NCBI GenBank assembly: GCA_964016885.1
Contig: OZ024741.1
Location: 35,650,001-35,714,000 of the forward strand
Direction of reading: 5' to 3'
Length of the DNA stretch: 64,000 nt
Source: Eledone cirrhosa
Taxonomy: Eukaryota
Within the stretch, counting starts at the first letter, position 1; the number at the start of each line of letters is the position of its first letter. This document shows, in pieces, positions 16,100 to 32,099 of this stretch. The notes under the pieces were generated by a model, which was given only the letters and a program-made list of their open reading frames with translations, was not told the origin of the DNA and made no database searches. The translations under genes and the position numbers were made by a program.

Positions 16100-19000
16100 T
16101 ACAGTGACATTATACAGTACAGTCAATATACTATACATACAGTGACATTATACAGTACAGTCTATATACTATAGATACTATGACAATATACAGTACAGTC
16201 TATATACTATACATACAGTGACATTATACAGTACAGTCTATATACTATACATAGTGACATTATACAGTACAGTCTATATACTATACATACAGTGACATTA
16301 TACAGTACAGTCTATATACTATACATAGTGACATTATACAGTACAGTCTATATACTATACATACAGTGACATTATACAATACAGTCTATATACTATACAT
16401 ACAGTGGAATTATACAGTACAGTCTATATACTATACATAGTGACAGTATACAGTACAGTCTATATACTATATATACAGTGACATTATACAGTACAATCTA
16501 TATACTATACGTACAATGACATTATACAGTAGTCTATATACTATAGATACAGTGACATGATACAGTACAGTCTATATACTATAGATACAGTGACATTATA
16601 CAATACAGTCTATATACTATACATACAGTGGCATTATACAGTACAGTCTATATACTATACATACAGTGACATTATACAGTACAGTCTATATACTATACAT
16701 ACAGTGACGTTATACAATACAGTCTATATACTATACATACAGTGGTATTATACAGTACAGTCTATATACTGTATATACAGTGACATTATACAGTACAGTC
16801 TATATACTATACATACAGTGACATTATACAGTACAGTCTATATACTATATATACAGTGACATTATACAGTACAGTCTATATACTATATATACAGTGACAT
16901 TATACAGTACAGTCTATATACTATACATACAGTGACATTATACAGTACAGTCTATATACTATACATACAATGACATTATACAGTACAGTCTATATACTAT
17001 ACATACAGTGACATTATACAGTACAGTCTATATACTATACATAGTGACATTAAACAGTACAGTCTATATACTATACATACAGCGACATTATACAGTACAG
17101 TCTATATACTATACATACAGTGACATTATACAGTACAGTCTATATACTATACATAGTGACATTATACAGTACAGTCTATATACTATACATACAGTGACAT
17201 TATACAGTACAGTCTATATACTATACATAGTGACATTATACAGTACAGTCTATATACTATATATACAGTGACATTATACAGTACAGTCTATATACTATAT
17301 ATAAAGTGACATTATCCAGTACAGTCTATATACTATATATACAGTGACATTATACAGTACACTCTATATACTATATATACAGTGACATTATCCAGTAGTC
17401 TATATACTATACATACAGTGACATTATACAGTACAGTCTATATACTATACATACAGTGACATTATACAGTACAGTCTATATACTATACATACAGTGACAT
17501 TATACAGTACAGTCTATATACTATATATACAGTGACATTATACAGTACAGTCTATATTCTATACATAGTGACATTATACAGTACAGTCTATATACTATAT
17601 ATGCAGTGACATTATACAGTACAGTCTATATACTATACATACAGTGACATTATACAGTACAGTCTATATACTATACATACAGTGACATTATACAGTACAG
17701 TCTATATACTATACATACAGTGACATTATACAGTACAGTCTATATACTATATATACAGTGACATTATACAGTACAGTCTATATACTATACATACAGTGAC
17801 ATTATACAGTACAGTCTATATACTATACATACAGTGACATTATACAGTACAGTCTATATACTATACATACAGTGACATTATACAGTACAGTCTATATACT
17901 ATACATACAGTGACATTATACAGTACAGTCTATATACTATATATACAGTGACATTATACAGTACAGTCTATATTCTATACATAGTGACATTATACAGTAC
18001 AGTCTATATACTATATATGCAGTGACATTATACAGTACAGTCTATATACTATACATACAGTGACATTATACAGTACAGTCTATATACTATACATACAGTG
18101 ACATTATACAGTACAGTCTATATACTATATATACAGTGACATTATACAGTACAGTCTATATACTATACATACAGTGACATTATACAGTACAGTCTATATA
18201 CTATAGATACAGTGACAATATACAGTACAGTCTATATACTATACATACAGTGACATTATACAGTACAGGCTATATACTATACATAGTGACATTATACAGT
18301 ACCGTCTATATACTATACATACAGTGACACTATACAGTACAGTCTATATACTATACATACAGTGACATTATACAGTACAGTCTATATACTATACATAGTG
18401 ACATTATACAGTACAGTCTATATACTATACATACAGTGACATTATACAGTACAGTCTATATACTATAGATACAGTGACATTATACAGTACAGTCTATATA
18501 CTATACATACAGTGACATTATACAGTACAGTCAATATACTATACATACAGTGACATTATACAGTACAGTCTATATACTATAGATACTATGACAATATACA
18601 GTACAGTCTATATACTATACATACAGTGACATTATACAGTAGTCTATATACTATACATAGTGACATTATACAGTACAGTCTATATACTATACATACAGTG
18701 ACATTATACAGTACAGTCTATATACTATACATAGTGACATTATACAGTACAGTCTATATACTATACATACAGTGACATTATACAATACAGTCTATATACT
18801 ATACATACAGTGGCATTATACAGTACAGTCTATATACTATACATAGTGACAGTATACAGTACAGTCTATATACTATATATACAGTGACATTATACAGTAC
18901 AGTCTATATACTATACGTACAATGACATTATACAGTACAGTCTATATACTATATATACAGTGACATTATACAGTACAGTCTATATACTATACATACAGTG

Positions 19001-22000
19001 ACATTATACAGTACAGTCTATATACTATACATACAGTGACATTATACAGTAGTCTATATACTATAGATACAGTGACATGATACAGTACAGTCTATATACT
19101 ATAGATACAGTGACATTATACAATACAGTCTATATACTATACATACAGTGGCATTATACAGTACAGTCTATATACTATACATACAGTGATATTATACAGT
19201 ACAGTCTATATACTATACATACAGTGACGTTATACAATACAGTCTATATACTATACATACAGTGGCATTATACAGTACAGTCTATATACTGTATATACAG
19301 TGACATTATACAGTACAGTCTATATACTATACATACAGTGACATTATACAGTACAGTCTATATACTATATATACAGTGACATTATACAGTACAGTCTATA
19401 TACTATATATACAGTGACATTATACAGTACAGTCTATATACTATACATACAGTGACATTATACAGTACAGTCTATATACTATACATACAATGACATTATA
19501 CAGTACAGTCTATATACTATACATACAGTGACATTATACAGTACAGTTTATATACTATACATAGTGACATTATACAGTACAGTCTATATACTATACATAC
19601 AGCGACATTATACAGTACAGTCTATATACTATACATACAGTGACATTATACAGTACAGTCTATATACTATACATAGTGACATTATACAGTACAGTCTATA
19701 TACTATACATACAGTGACATTATACAGTACAGTCTATATACTATACATAGTGACATTATACAGTACAGTCTATATACTATACATACAGTGACATTATACA
19801 GTACAGTCTATATACTATATATACAGTAGTCTATATACTATACATACAGTGACATTATACAGTACAGTCTATATACTATACATACAGTGACATTATACAG
19901 TACAGTCTATATACTATACATAGTGACATTATACAGTACAGTCTATATACTATATATACAGTGACATTATACAGTACAGTCTATATACTATATATAAAGT
20001 GACATTATCCAGTACAGTCTATATACTATATATACAGTGACATTATACAGTACAGTCTATATACTATATATACAGTGACATTATCCAGTAGTCTATATAC
20101 TATACATACAGTGACATTATACAGTACAGTCTATATACTATATATACAGTGACATTATACAGTACAGTCTATATACTATACATACAGTGACATTATACAG
20201 TACAGTCTATATACTATATATACAGTGACATTATACAGTACAGTCTATATTCTATACATAGTGACATTATACAGTACAGTCTATATACTATATATGCAGT
20301 GACATTATACAGTACAGTCTATATACTATACATACAGTGACATTATACAGTACAGTCTATATACTATACATACAGTGACATTATACAGTACAGTCTATAT
20401 ACTATACATACAGTGACATTATACAGTACAGTCTATATACTATATATACAGTGACATTATACAGTACAGTCTATATACTATACATACAGTGACATTATAC
20501 AGTACAGTCTATATACTATACATACAGTGACATTATACAGTACAGTCTATATACTATACATACAGTGACATTATACAGTACAGTCTATATACTATACATA
20601 CAGTGACATTATACAGTACAGTCTATATACTATATATACAGTGACACTATACAGTACAGTCTATATTCTATACATAGTGACATTATACAGTACAGTCTAT
20701 ATACTATATATGCAGTGATATTATACAGTACAGTCTATATACTATACATACAGTGACATTATACAGTACAGTCTATATACTATACATACAGTGACATTAT
20801 ACAGTACAGTCTATATACTATATATACAGTGACATTATACAGTACAGTCTATATACTATACATACAGTGACATTATACAGTACAGTCTATATACTATAGA
20901 TACAGTGACAATATACAGTACAGTCTATATACTATACATACAGTGACATTATACAGTACAGGCTATATACTATACATAGTGACATTATACAGTACCGTCT
21001 ATATACTATACATACAGTGACACTATACAGTACAGTCTATATACTATACATACAGTGACATTATACAGTACAGTCTATATACTATACATAGTGACATTAT
21101 ACAGTACAGTCTATATACTATACATACAGTGACATTATACAGTACAGTCTATATACTATAGATACAGTGACATTATACAGTACAGTCTATATACTATACA
21201 TACAGTGACATTATACAGTACAGTCAATATACTATACATACAGTGACATTATACAGTACAGTCTATATACTATAGATACTATGACAATATACAGTACAGT
21301 CTATATACTATACATACAGTGACATTATACAGTAGTCTATATACTATACATAGTGACATTATACAGTACAGTCTATATACTATACATACAGTGACATTAT
21401 ACAGTACAGTCTATATACTATACATACAGTGACATTATACAGTACAGTCTATATACTATACATACAGTGACATTATACAATACAGTCTATATACTATACA
21501 TACAGTGGCATTATACAGTACAGTCTATATACTATACATAGTGACAGTATACAGTACAGTCTATATACTATATATACAGTGACATTATACAGTACAGTCT
21601 ATATACTATACGTACAATGACATTATACAGTACAGTCTATATACTATATATACAGTGACATTATACAGTACAGTCTATATACTATACATACAGTGACATT
21701 ATACAGTACAGTCTATATACTATACATACAGTGACATTATACAGTAGTCTATATACTATAGATACAGTGACATGATACAGTACAGTCTATATACTATAGA
21801 TACAGTGACATTATACAATACAGTCTATATACTATACATACAGTGGCATTATACAGTACAGTCTATATACTATACATACAGTGACATTATACAGTACAGT
21901 CTATATACTATACATACAGTGACGTTATACAATACAGTCTATATACTATACATACAGTGGCATTATACAGTACAGTCTATATACTGTATATACAGTGACA

Positions 22001-25000
22001 TTATACAGTACAGTCTATATACTATACATACAGTGACATTATACAGTACAGTCTATATACTATATATACAGTGACATTATACAGTACAGTTTATATACTA
22101 TATATACAGTGACATTATACAGTACAGTCTATATACTATACATACAGTGACATTATACAGTACAGTCTATATACTATACATACAATGACATTATACAGTA
22201 CAGTCTATATACTATACATACAGTGACATTATACAGTACAGTTTATATACTATACATAGTGACATTATACAGTACAGTCTATATACTATACATACAGCGA
22301 CATTATACAGTACAGTCTATATACTATACATACAGTGACATTATACAGTACAGTCTATATACTATACATAGTGACATTATACAGTACAGTCTATATACTA
22401 TACATACAGTGACATTATACAGTACAGTCTATATACTATACATAGTGACATTATACAGTACAGTCTATATACTATACATACAGTGACATTATACACTACA
22501 GTCTATATACTATATATACAGTAGTCTATATACTATACATACAGTGACATTATACAGTACAGTCTATATACTATACATACAGTGACATTATACAGTACAG
22601 TCTATATACTATACATAGTGACATTATACAGTACAGTCTATATACTATATATACAGTGACATTATACAGTACAGTCTATATACTATATATAAAGTGACAT
22701 TATCCAGTACAGTCTATATACTATATATACAGTGACATTATACAGTACAGTCTATATACTATATATACAGTGACATTATCCAGTAGTCTATATACTATAC
22801 ATACAGTGACATTATACAGTACAGTCTATATACTATATATACAGTGACATTATACAGTACAGTCTATATACTATACATACAGTGACATTATACAGTACAG
22901 TCTATATACTATATATACAGTGACATTATACAGTACAGTCTATATTCTATACATAGTGACATTATACAGTACAGTCTATATACTATATATGCAGTGACAT
23001 TATACAGTACAGTCTATATACTATACATACAGTGACATTATACAGTACAGTCTATATACTATACATACAGTGACATTATACAGTACAGTCTATATACTAT
23101 ACATACAGTGACATTATACAGTCTATATACTATATATACAGTGACATTATACAGTACAGTCTATATACTATACATACAGTGACATTATACAGTACAGTCT
23201 ATATACTATACATAGTGACATTATACAGTACAGTCTATATACTATATATACAGTGACATTATACAGTACAGTCTATATACTATACATACAGTGACATTAT
23301 ACAGTACAGTCTATATACTATACATACAGTGACATTATACAGTACAGTCTATATACTATACATACAGTGACATTATACAGTACAGTCTATATACTATACA
23401 TACAGTGACATTATACAGTACAGTCTATATACTATATATACAGTGACATTATACAGTACAGTCTATATTCTATACATAGTGACATTATACAGTACAGTCT
23501 ATATACTATATATGCAGTGACATTATACAGTACAGTCTATATACTATACATACAGTGACATTATACAGTACAGTCTATATACTATACATACAGTGACATT
23601 ATACAGTACAGTCTATATACTATATATACAGTGACATTATACAGTACAGTCTATATACTATACATACAGTGACATTATACAGTACAGTCTATATACTATA
23701 GATACAGTGACAATATACAGTACAGTCTATATACTATACATACAGTGACATTATACAGTACAGGCTATATACTATACATAGTGACATTATACAATACCGT
23801 CTATATACTATACATACAGTGACACTATACAGTACAGTCTATATACTATACATACAGTGACATTATACAGTACAGTCTATATACTATACATAGTGACATT
23901 ATACAGTACAGTCTATATACTATACATACAGTGACATTATACAGTACAGTCTATATACTATAGATACAGTGACATTATACAGTACAGTCTATATACTATA
24001 CATACAGTGACATTATACAGTACAGTCAATATACTATACATACAGTGACATTATACAGTACAGTCTATATACTATAGATACTATGACAATATACAGTACA
24101 GTCTATATACTATACATACAGTGACATTATACAGTACAGTCTATATACTATACATAGTGACATTATACAGTACAGTCTATATACTATACATACAGTGACA
24201 TTATACAGTACAGTCTATATACTATACATAGTGACATTATACAGTACAGTCTATATACTATACATACAGTGACATTATACAATACAGTCTATATACTATA
24301 CATACAGTGGCATTATACAGTACAGTCTATATACTATACATAGTGACAGTATACAGTACAGTCTATATACTATATATACAGTGACAATATACAGTACAGT
24401 CTATATACTATACGTACAATGACATTATACAGTACAGTCTATATACTATATATACAGTGACATTATACAGTACAGTCTATATACTATACATACAGTGACA
24501 TTATACAGTACAGTCTATATACTATACATACAGTGACATTATACAGTAGTCTATATACTATAGATACAGTGACATGATACAGTACAGTCTATATACTATA
24601 GATACAGTGACATTATACAATACAGTCTATATACTATACATACAGTGGCATTATACAGTACAGTCTATATACTATACATACAGTGACATTATACAGTACA
24701 GTCTATATACTATACATACAGTGACGTTATACAATACAGTCTATATACTATACATACAGTGGCATTATACAGTACAGTCTATATACTGTATATACAGTGA
24801 CATTATACAGTACAGTCTATATACTATACATACAGTGACATTATACAGTACAGTCTATATACTATATATACAGTGACATTATACAGTACAGTCTATATAC
24901 TATATATACAGTGACATTATACAGTACAGTCTATATACTATACATACAGTGACATTATACAGTACAGTCTATATACTATACATACAATGACATTATACAG

Positions 25001-26500
25001 TACAGTCTATATACTATACATACAGTGACATTATACAGTACAGTCTATATACTATACATAGTGACATTATACAGTACAGTCTATATACTATACATACAGC
25101 GACATTATACAGTACAGTCTATATACTATACATACAGTGACATTATACAGTACAGTCTATATACTATACATAGTGACATTATACAGTACAGTCTATATAC
25201 TATACATAGTGACATTATACAGTACAGTCTATATACTATACATACAGTGACATTATACAGTACAGTCTATATACTATACATAGTGACATTATACAGTACA
25301 GTCTATATACTATACATACAGTGACATTATACAGTACAGTCTATATACTATATATACAGTAGTCTGTATACTATACATACAGTGACATTATACAGTACAG
25401 TCTATATACTATACATACAGTGACATTATACAGTACAGTCTATATACTATACATAGTGACATTATACAGTACAGTCTATATACTATATATACAGTGACAT
25501 TATACAGTACAGTCTATACACTATATATAAAGTGACATTATCCAGTACAGTCTATATACTATATATACAGTGACATTATACAGTACAGTCTATATACTAT
25601 ATATACAGTGACATTATCCAGTAGTCTATATACTATACATACAGTGACATTATACAGTACAGTCTATATACTATATATACAGTGACATTATACAGTACAG
25701 TCTATATACTATACATACAGTGACATTATACAGTACAGTCTATATACTATATATACAGTGACATTATACAGTACAGTCTATATTCTATACATAGTGACAT
25801 TATACAGTACAGTCTATATACTATATATGCAGTGACATTATACAGTACAGTCTATATACTATACATACAGTGACATTATACAGTACAGTCTATATACTAT
25901 ACATACAGTGACATTATACAGTACAGTCTATATACTATACATACAGTGACATTATACAGTACAGTCTATATACTATATATACAGTGACATTATACAGTAC
26001 AGTCTATATACTATACATACCGTGACATTATACAGTACAGTCTATATACTATACATACAGTGACATTATACAGTACAGTCTATATACTATACATACAGTG
26101 ACATTATACAGTACAGTCTATATACTATACATACAGTGACATTATACAGTACAGTCTATATACTATATATACAGTGACATTATACAGTACAGTCTATATT
26201 CTATACATAGTGACATTATACAGTACAGTCTATATACTATATATGCAGTTACATTATACAGTACAGTCTATATACTATACATACAGTGACATTATACAGT
26301 ACAGTCTATATACTATACATACAGTGACATTATACAGTACAGTCTATATACTATATATACAGTGACATTATACAGTACAGTCTATATACTATACATACAG
26401 TGACATTATACAGTACAGTCTATATACTATAGATACAGTGGCAATATACAGTACAGTCTATATACTATACATACAGTGACATTATACAGTAGAGTCTATA
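16100..26500. repeat. Higher-order repeat, ~4 tandem copies of 2.5-2.8 kb
   Basis: Marker GACATGATAC has its ATG at 16557, 19077, 21772 and 24574 (spacings 2520, 2695, 2802). Co-ordered markers: GATACTATGACAATA, GACAGTATA, TACGTACAATG, GACGTTA, TACTGTATA, TATAAAGTG, TATTCT, TATGCAGT, CAGGCTA, TACCGTC. Confidence 0.9.
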
Positions 26501-29500
26501 TACTATATATACAGTGACATTATCCAGTACAGTCTATATACTATACATACAGTGACATTATACAGTACAGTCTATATACTATAGATAAAGTGACATTATA
26601 CAGTACAGTCTATATACTATATATACAGTGACATTATACAATACAGTCTATATACTATAGATACAGTGACATTATACAGTGCAGTCTATATACTATACAT
26701 ACAGTGACATTATACAGTACAGTCTATATACTATACATAGTGACATTATACAGTACAATCTATATACTATACATACAGTGACATTATACAGTACAGTCTA
26801 TATACTATACATAGTGACATTATACAGTACAGTCTATATACTATACATAGTGACATTATACAGTACAGTCTATATACTATATATACAGTGACATTATACA
26901 GTACAGTCTATATACTATACATACAATGACATTATACAGTACAGTCTATATACTATATATACAGTGACAGTATACAGTACAGTCTATATACTATACATAC
27001 AGTGCCATTATACAGTACAGTCTATATACTATACATACAGTGACATTATACAGTAGTCTATATACTATAGATACAGTGACATTATACAGTACAGTCTATA
27101 TACTATAGATACAGTGACATTATACAATACAGTCTATATACTATACATACAGTGGCATTATACAGTACAGTCTATATACTATACATACAGTGACATTATA
27201 CAGTACAGTCTATATACTATACATACAGTGACATTATACAATACAGTCTATATACTATACATACAGTGGCATTATACAGTACAGTCTATATACTATACAT
27301 ACAGTGACATTATACAGTACAGTCTATATACTATACATAGTGACATTATACAGTACAGTCTATATACTATACATACAGTGACATTATACAGTACAGTCTA
27401 TATACTATACATTCAGTGACATTATACAGTACAGTCTATATACTATACATAGTGACATTATACAGTACAGTCTATATACTATACATACAGCGACATTATA
27501 CAGTACAGTCTATATACTATATATACAGTGACATTATACAGTACAGTCTATATACTATACATACAGTGACATTATACAGTACAGTCTATATACTATACAT
27601 ACAGTGACATTATACAGAACAGTCTATATACTATACATACAGTGACATTATACAGTACAGTCTATATACTATACATAGTGACATTATACAGTACAGTCTA
27701 TATACTATACATACAGTGACATTATACAGTACAATCTATATACTATACATACAGTGACATTATACAGTACAGTCTATATACTATACATAGTGACATTATA
27801 CAGTACAGTCTATATACTATACATAGTGACATTATACAGTACAGTCTATATACTATACATACAGTGACATTATACAGTACAGTCTATATACTATACATAG
27901 TGACATTATACAGTACAGTCTATATACTATACATACAGTGACATTATACAATACAGTCTATATACTATACATACAGTGACATTATACAGTACAGTCTATA
28001 TACTATACATACAGTGACATTATACAGTAGTCTATATACTATAGATACAGTGACATTATAGAGTACAGTCTATATACTATAGATACAGTGACATTATACA
28101 ATACAGTCTATATACTATACATACAGTGGCATTATACAGTACAGTCTATATACTATATATACAGTGACATTATACAATACAGTCTATATCCTATACATAC
28201 AGTGGCATTATACAGTACAGTCTATATACTATAGATACTATGACAATATACAGTACAGTCTATATACTATACATACAGTGACATTATACAGTACAGTCTA
28301 TATACTATACATAGTGACATTATACAGTACAGTCTATATACTATACATACAGTGACATTATACAGTACAGTCTATATACTATACATAGTGACATTATACA
28401 GTACAGTCTATATACTATACATACAGTGACATTATACAATACAGTCTATATACTATACATACAGTGGCAGTATACAGTACAGTCTATATACTATACATAG
28501 TGACAGTATACAGTACAGTCTATATACTATATATACAGTGACATTATACAGTACAGTCTATATACTATACGTACAATGACATTATACAGTACAGTCTATA
28601 TACTATACATACAGTGACATTATACAGTACAGTCTATATACTATACATACAGTGACATTATACAGTAGTCTATATACTATAGATACAGTGACATTATACA
28701 GTACAGTCTATATACTATAGATACAGTGACATTATATAATACAGTCTATATACTATACATACAGTGGCATTATACAGTACAGTCTATATACTATACATAC
28801 AGTGACATTATGCAGTACAGTCTATATACTATACATACAGTGACGTTATACAATACAGTCTATATACTATACATACAGTGGCATTATACAGTAGTCTATA
28901 TACTGTATATACAGTGACATTATACAGTACAGTCTATATACTATACATACAGTGACATTATACAGTACAGTCTATATACTATATATACAGTGACATTATA
29001 CAGTAGTCTATATACTATATATACAGTGACATTATACAGTACAGTCTATATACTATACATACAGTGACATTATACAGTACAGTCTATATACTATACATAC
29101 AATGACATTATACAGTACAGTCTATATACTATACATACAGTGAGATTATACAGTACAGTCTATATACTATACATAGTGACATTATACAGTACAGTCTATA
29201 TACTATACATACAGCGACATTATACAGTACAGTCTATATACTATACATACAGTGACATTATACAGTACAGTCTATATACTATACATAGTGACATTATACA
29301 GTACAGTCTATATACTATACATAGTGACATTATACAGTACAGTCTATATACTATACATCCAGTGACATTATACAGTACAGTCTATATACTATACATAGTG
29401 ACATTATACAGTACAGTCTATATACTATACATACAGTGACATTATACAGTACAGTCTATATACTATATATACAGTGGCATTATACAGTAGTCTATATACT

Positions 29501-32099
29501 ATACATACAGTGACATTATACAGTACAGTCTATATACTATACATACAGTGACATTATACAGTACAGTCTATATACTATACATAGTGACATTATACAGTAC
29601 AGTCTATATACTATATATACAGTGACATTATACAGTACAGTCTATATACTATATATAAAGTGACATTATCCAGTACAGTCTATATACTATATATGCAGTG
29701 ACATTATACAGTACAGTATATATACTATACATACAGTGACATTATACAGTACAGTCTATATACTATACATACAGTGACATTATACAGTACAGTCTATATA
29801 CTATATATACAGTGACATTATACAGTACAGTCTATATACTATACATACAGTGACATTATACAGTACAGTCTATATACTATAGATACAGTGACAACATACA
29901 GTACAGTCTATATACATACAGTGACATTATACAGTAGAGTCTATATACTATATATACAGTGACATTATCCAGTACAGTCTATATACTATACATACAGTGA
30001 CATTATACAGTACAGTCTATATACTATAGATAAAGTGACATTATACAGTACAGTCTATATACTATACATACAGTGACATTATACAGTACAGTCAATATAC
30101 TATACATACAGTGATATTATACAGTACAGTCTATATACTATAGATACAGTGACAATATACAGTACAGTCTATATACTATACATACAGTGACATTATACAG
30201 TACAGTCTATATACTATACATTCAGTGACATTATACAGTACAGTCTATATACTATATATACAGTGACATTATACAGTACAGTCTATATACTATACATACA
30301 GTGACATTATACAGTACAGTCTATATACTATAGATACAGTGACAATATACAGTACAGTCTATATACTATACATACAGTGACATTATACAGTACAGTCTAT
30401 ATACTATACATAGTGACATTATACAGTACAGTCTATATACTATACATACAGTGACATTATACAGTACAGTCTATATACTATAGATACAGTGACATTATAC
30501 AGTACAGTCTATATACTATACATACAGTGACATTATACAGTACAGTCAATATACTATACATACAGTGATATTATACAGTACAGTCTATATACTATAGATA
30601 CAGTGACAATATACAGTACAGTCTATATACTATACATACAGTGACATTATACAGTACAGTCTATATACTATACATTCAGTGACATTATACAGTACAGTCT
30701 ATATACTATATATACAGTGACATTATACAGTACAGTCTATATACTATACATACAGTGACATTATACAGTACAGTCTATATACTATAGATACAGTGACATT
30801 ATACAGTACAGTCTATATACTATGCATAGTGACATTATACAGTACAGTCTATATACTATATATACAGTGACATTATACAGTACAGTCTATATACTATACA
30901 TACAGTGACATTATACAGTACAGTCTATATACTATATATACAGTGACATTATCCAGTACAGTTTATATACTATACATACTGTGACATTATACAGTACAGT
31001 CTATATACTATAGATACAGTGACATTATACAGTACAGTCTATATACTATACATACAGTGACATTATACAGTACAGTCTATATACTATACATAGTGACATT
31101 ATACAGTACAATCTATATACTATACATACAGTGACATTATACAGTACAGTCTATATACTATACATAGTGACATTATACAGTACAGTCTATATACTATACA
31201 TAGTGACATTATACAGTACAGTCTATATACTATATATACAGTGACATTATACAGTACAGTCTATATACTATACATACAATGACATTATACAGTACAGTCT
31301 ATATACTATATATACAGTGACAGTATACAGTACAGTCTATATACTATACATACAGTGCCATTATACAGTACAGTCTATATACTATACATACAGTGACATT
31401 ATACAGTAGTCTATATACTATAGATACAGTGACATTATACAGTACAGTCTATATACTATAGATACAGTGACATTATACAATACAGTCTATATACTATACA
31501 TACAGTGGCATTATACAGTACAGTCTATATACTATACATACAGTGACATTATACAGTACAGTCTATATACTATACATACAGTGACATTATACAATACAGT
31601 CTATATACTATACATACAGTGGCATTATACAGTACAGTCTATATACTATATATACAGTGACATTATACAGTACAGTCTATATACTATACATACAGTGACA
31701 ATATACAGTACAGTCTACATACTATACATACAGTGACATTATATAGTACAGTCTATATACTATATATACAGTGACATTATACCGTAGAGTCTATATACTA
31801 TACATACAGTGACATTATACAGTACAGTCTATATACTATACATACAATGACATTATACAGTACAGTCTATATACTATACATTCAGTGACATTATACAGTA
31901 CAGTCTATATACTATACATAGTGACATTATACAGTACAGTCTATATACTATACATACAGCGACATTATACAGTACAGTCTATATACTATATATACAGTGA
32001 CATTATACAGTACAGTCTATATACTATACATACAGTGACATTATACAGTACAGTCTATATACTATACATACAGTGACATTATACAGTACAGTCTATATA

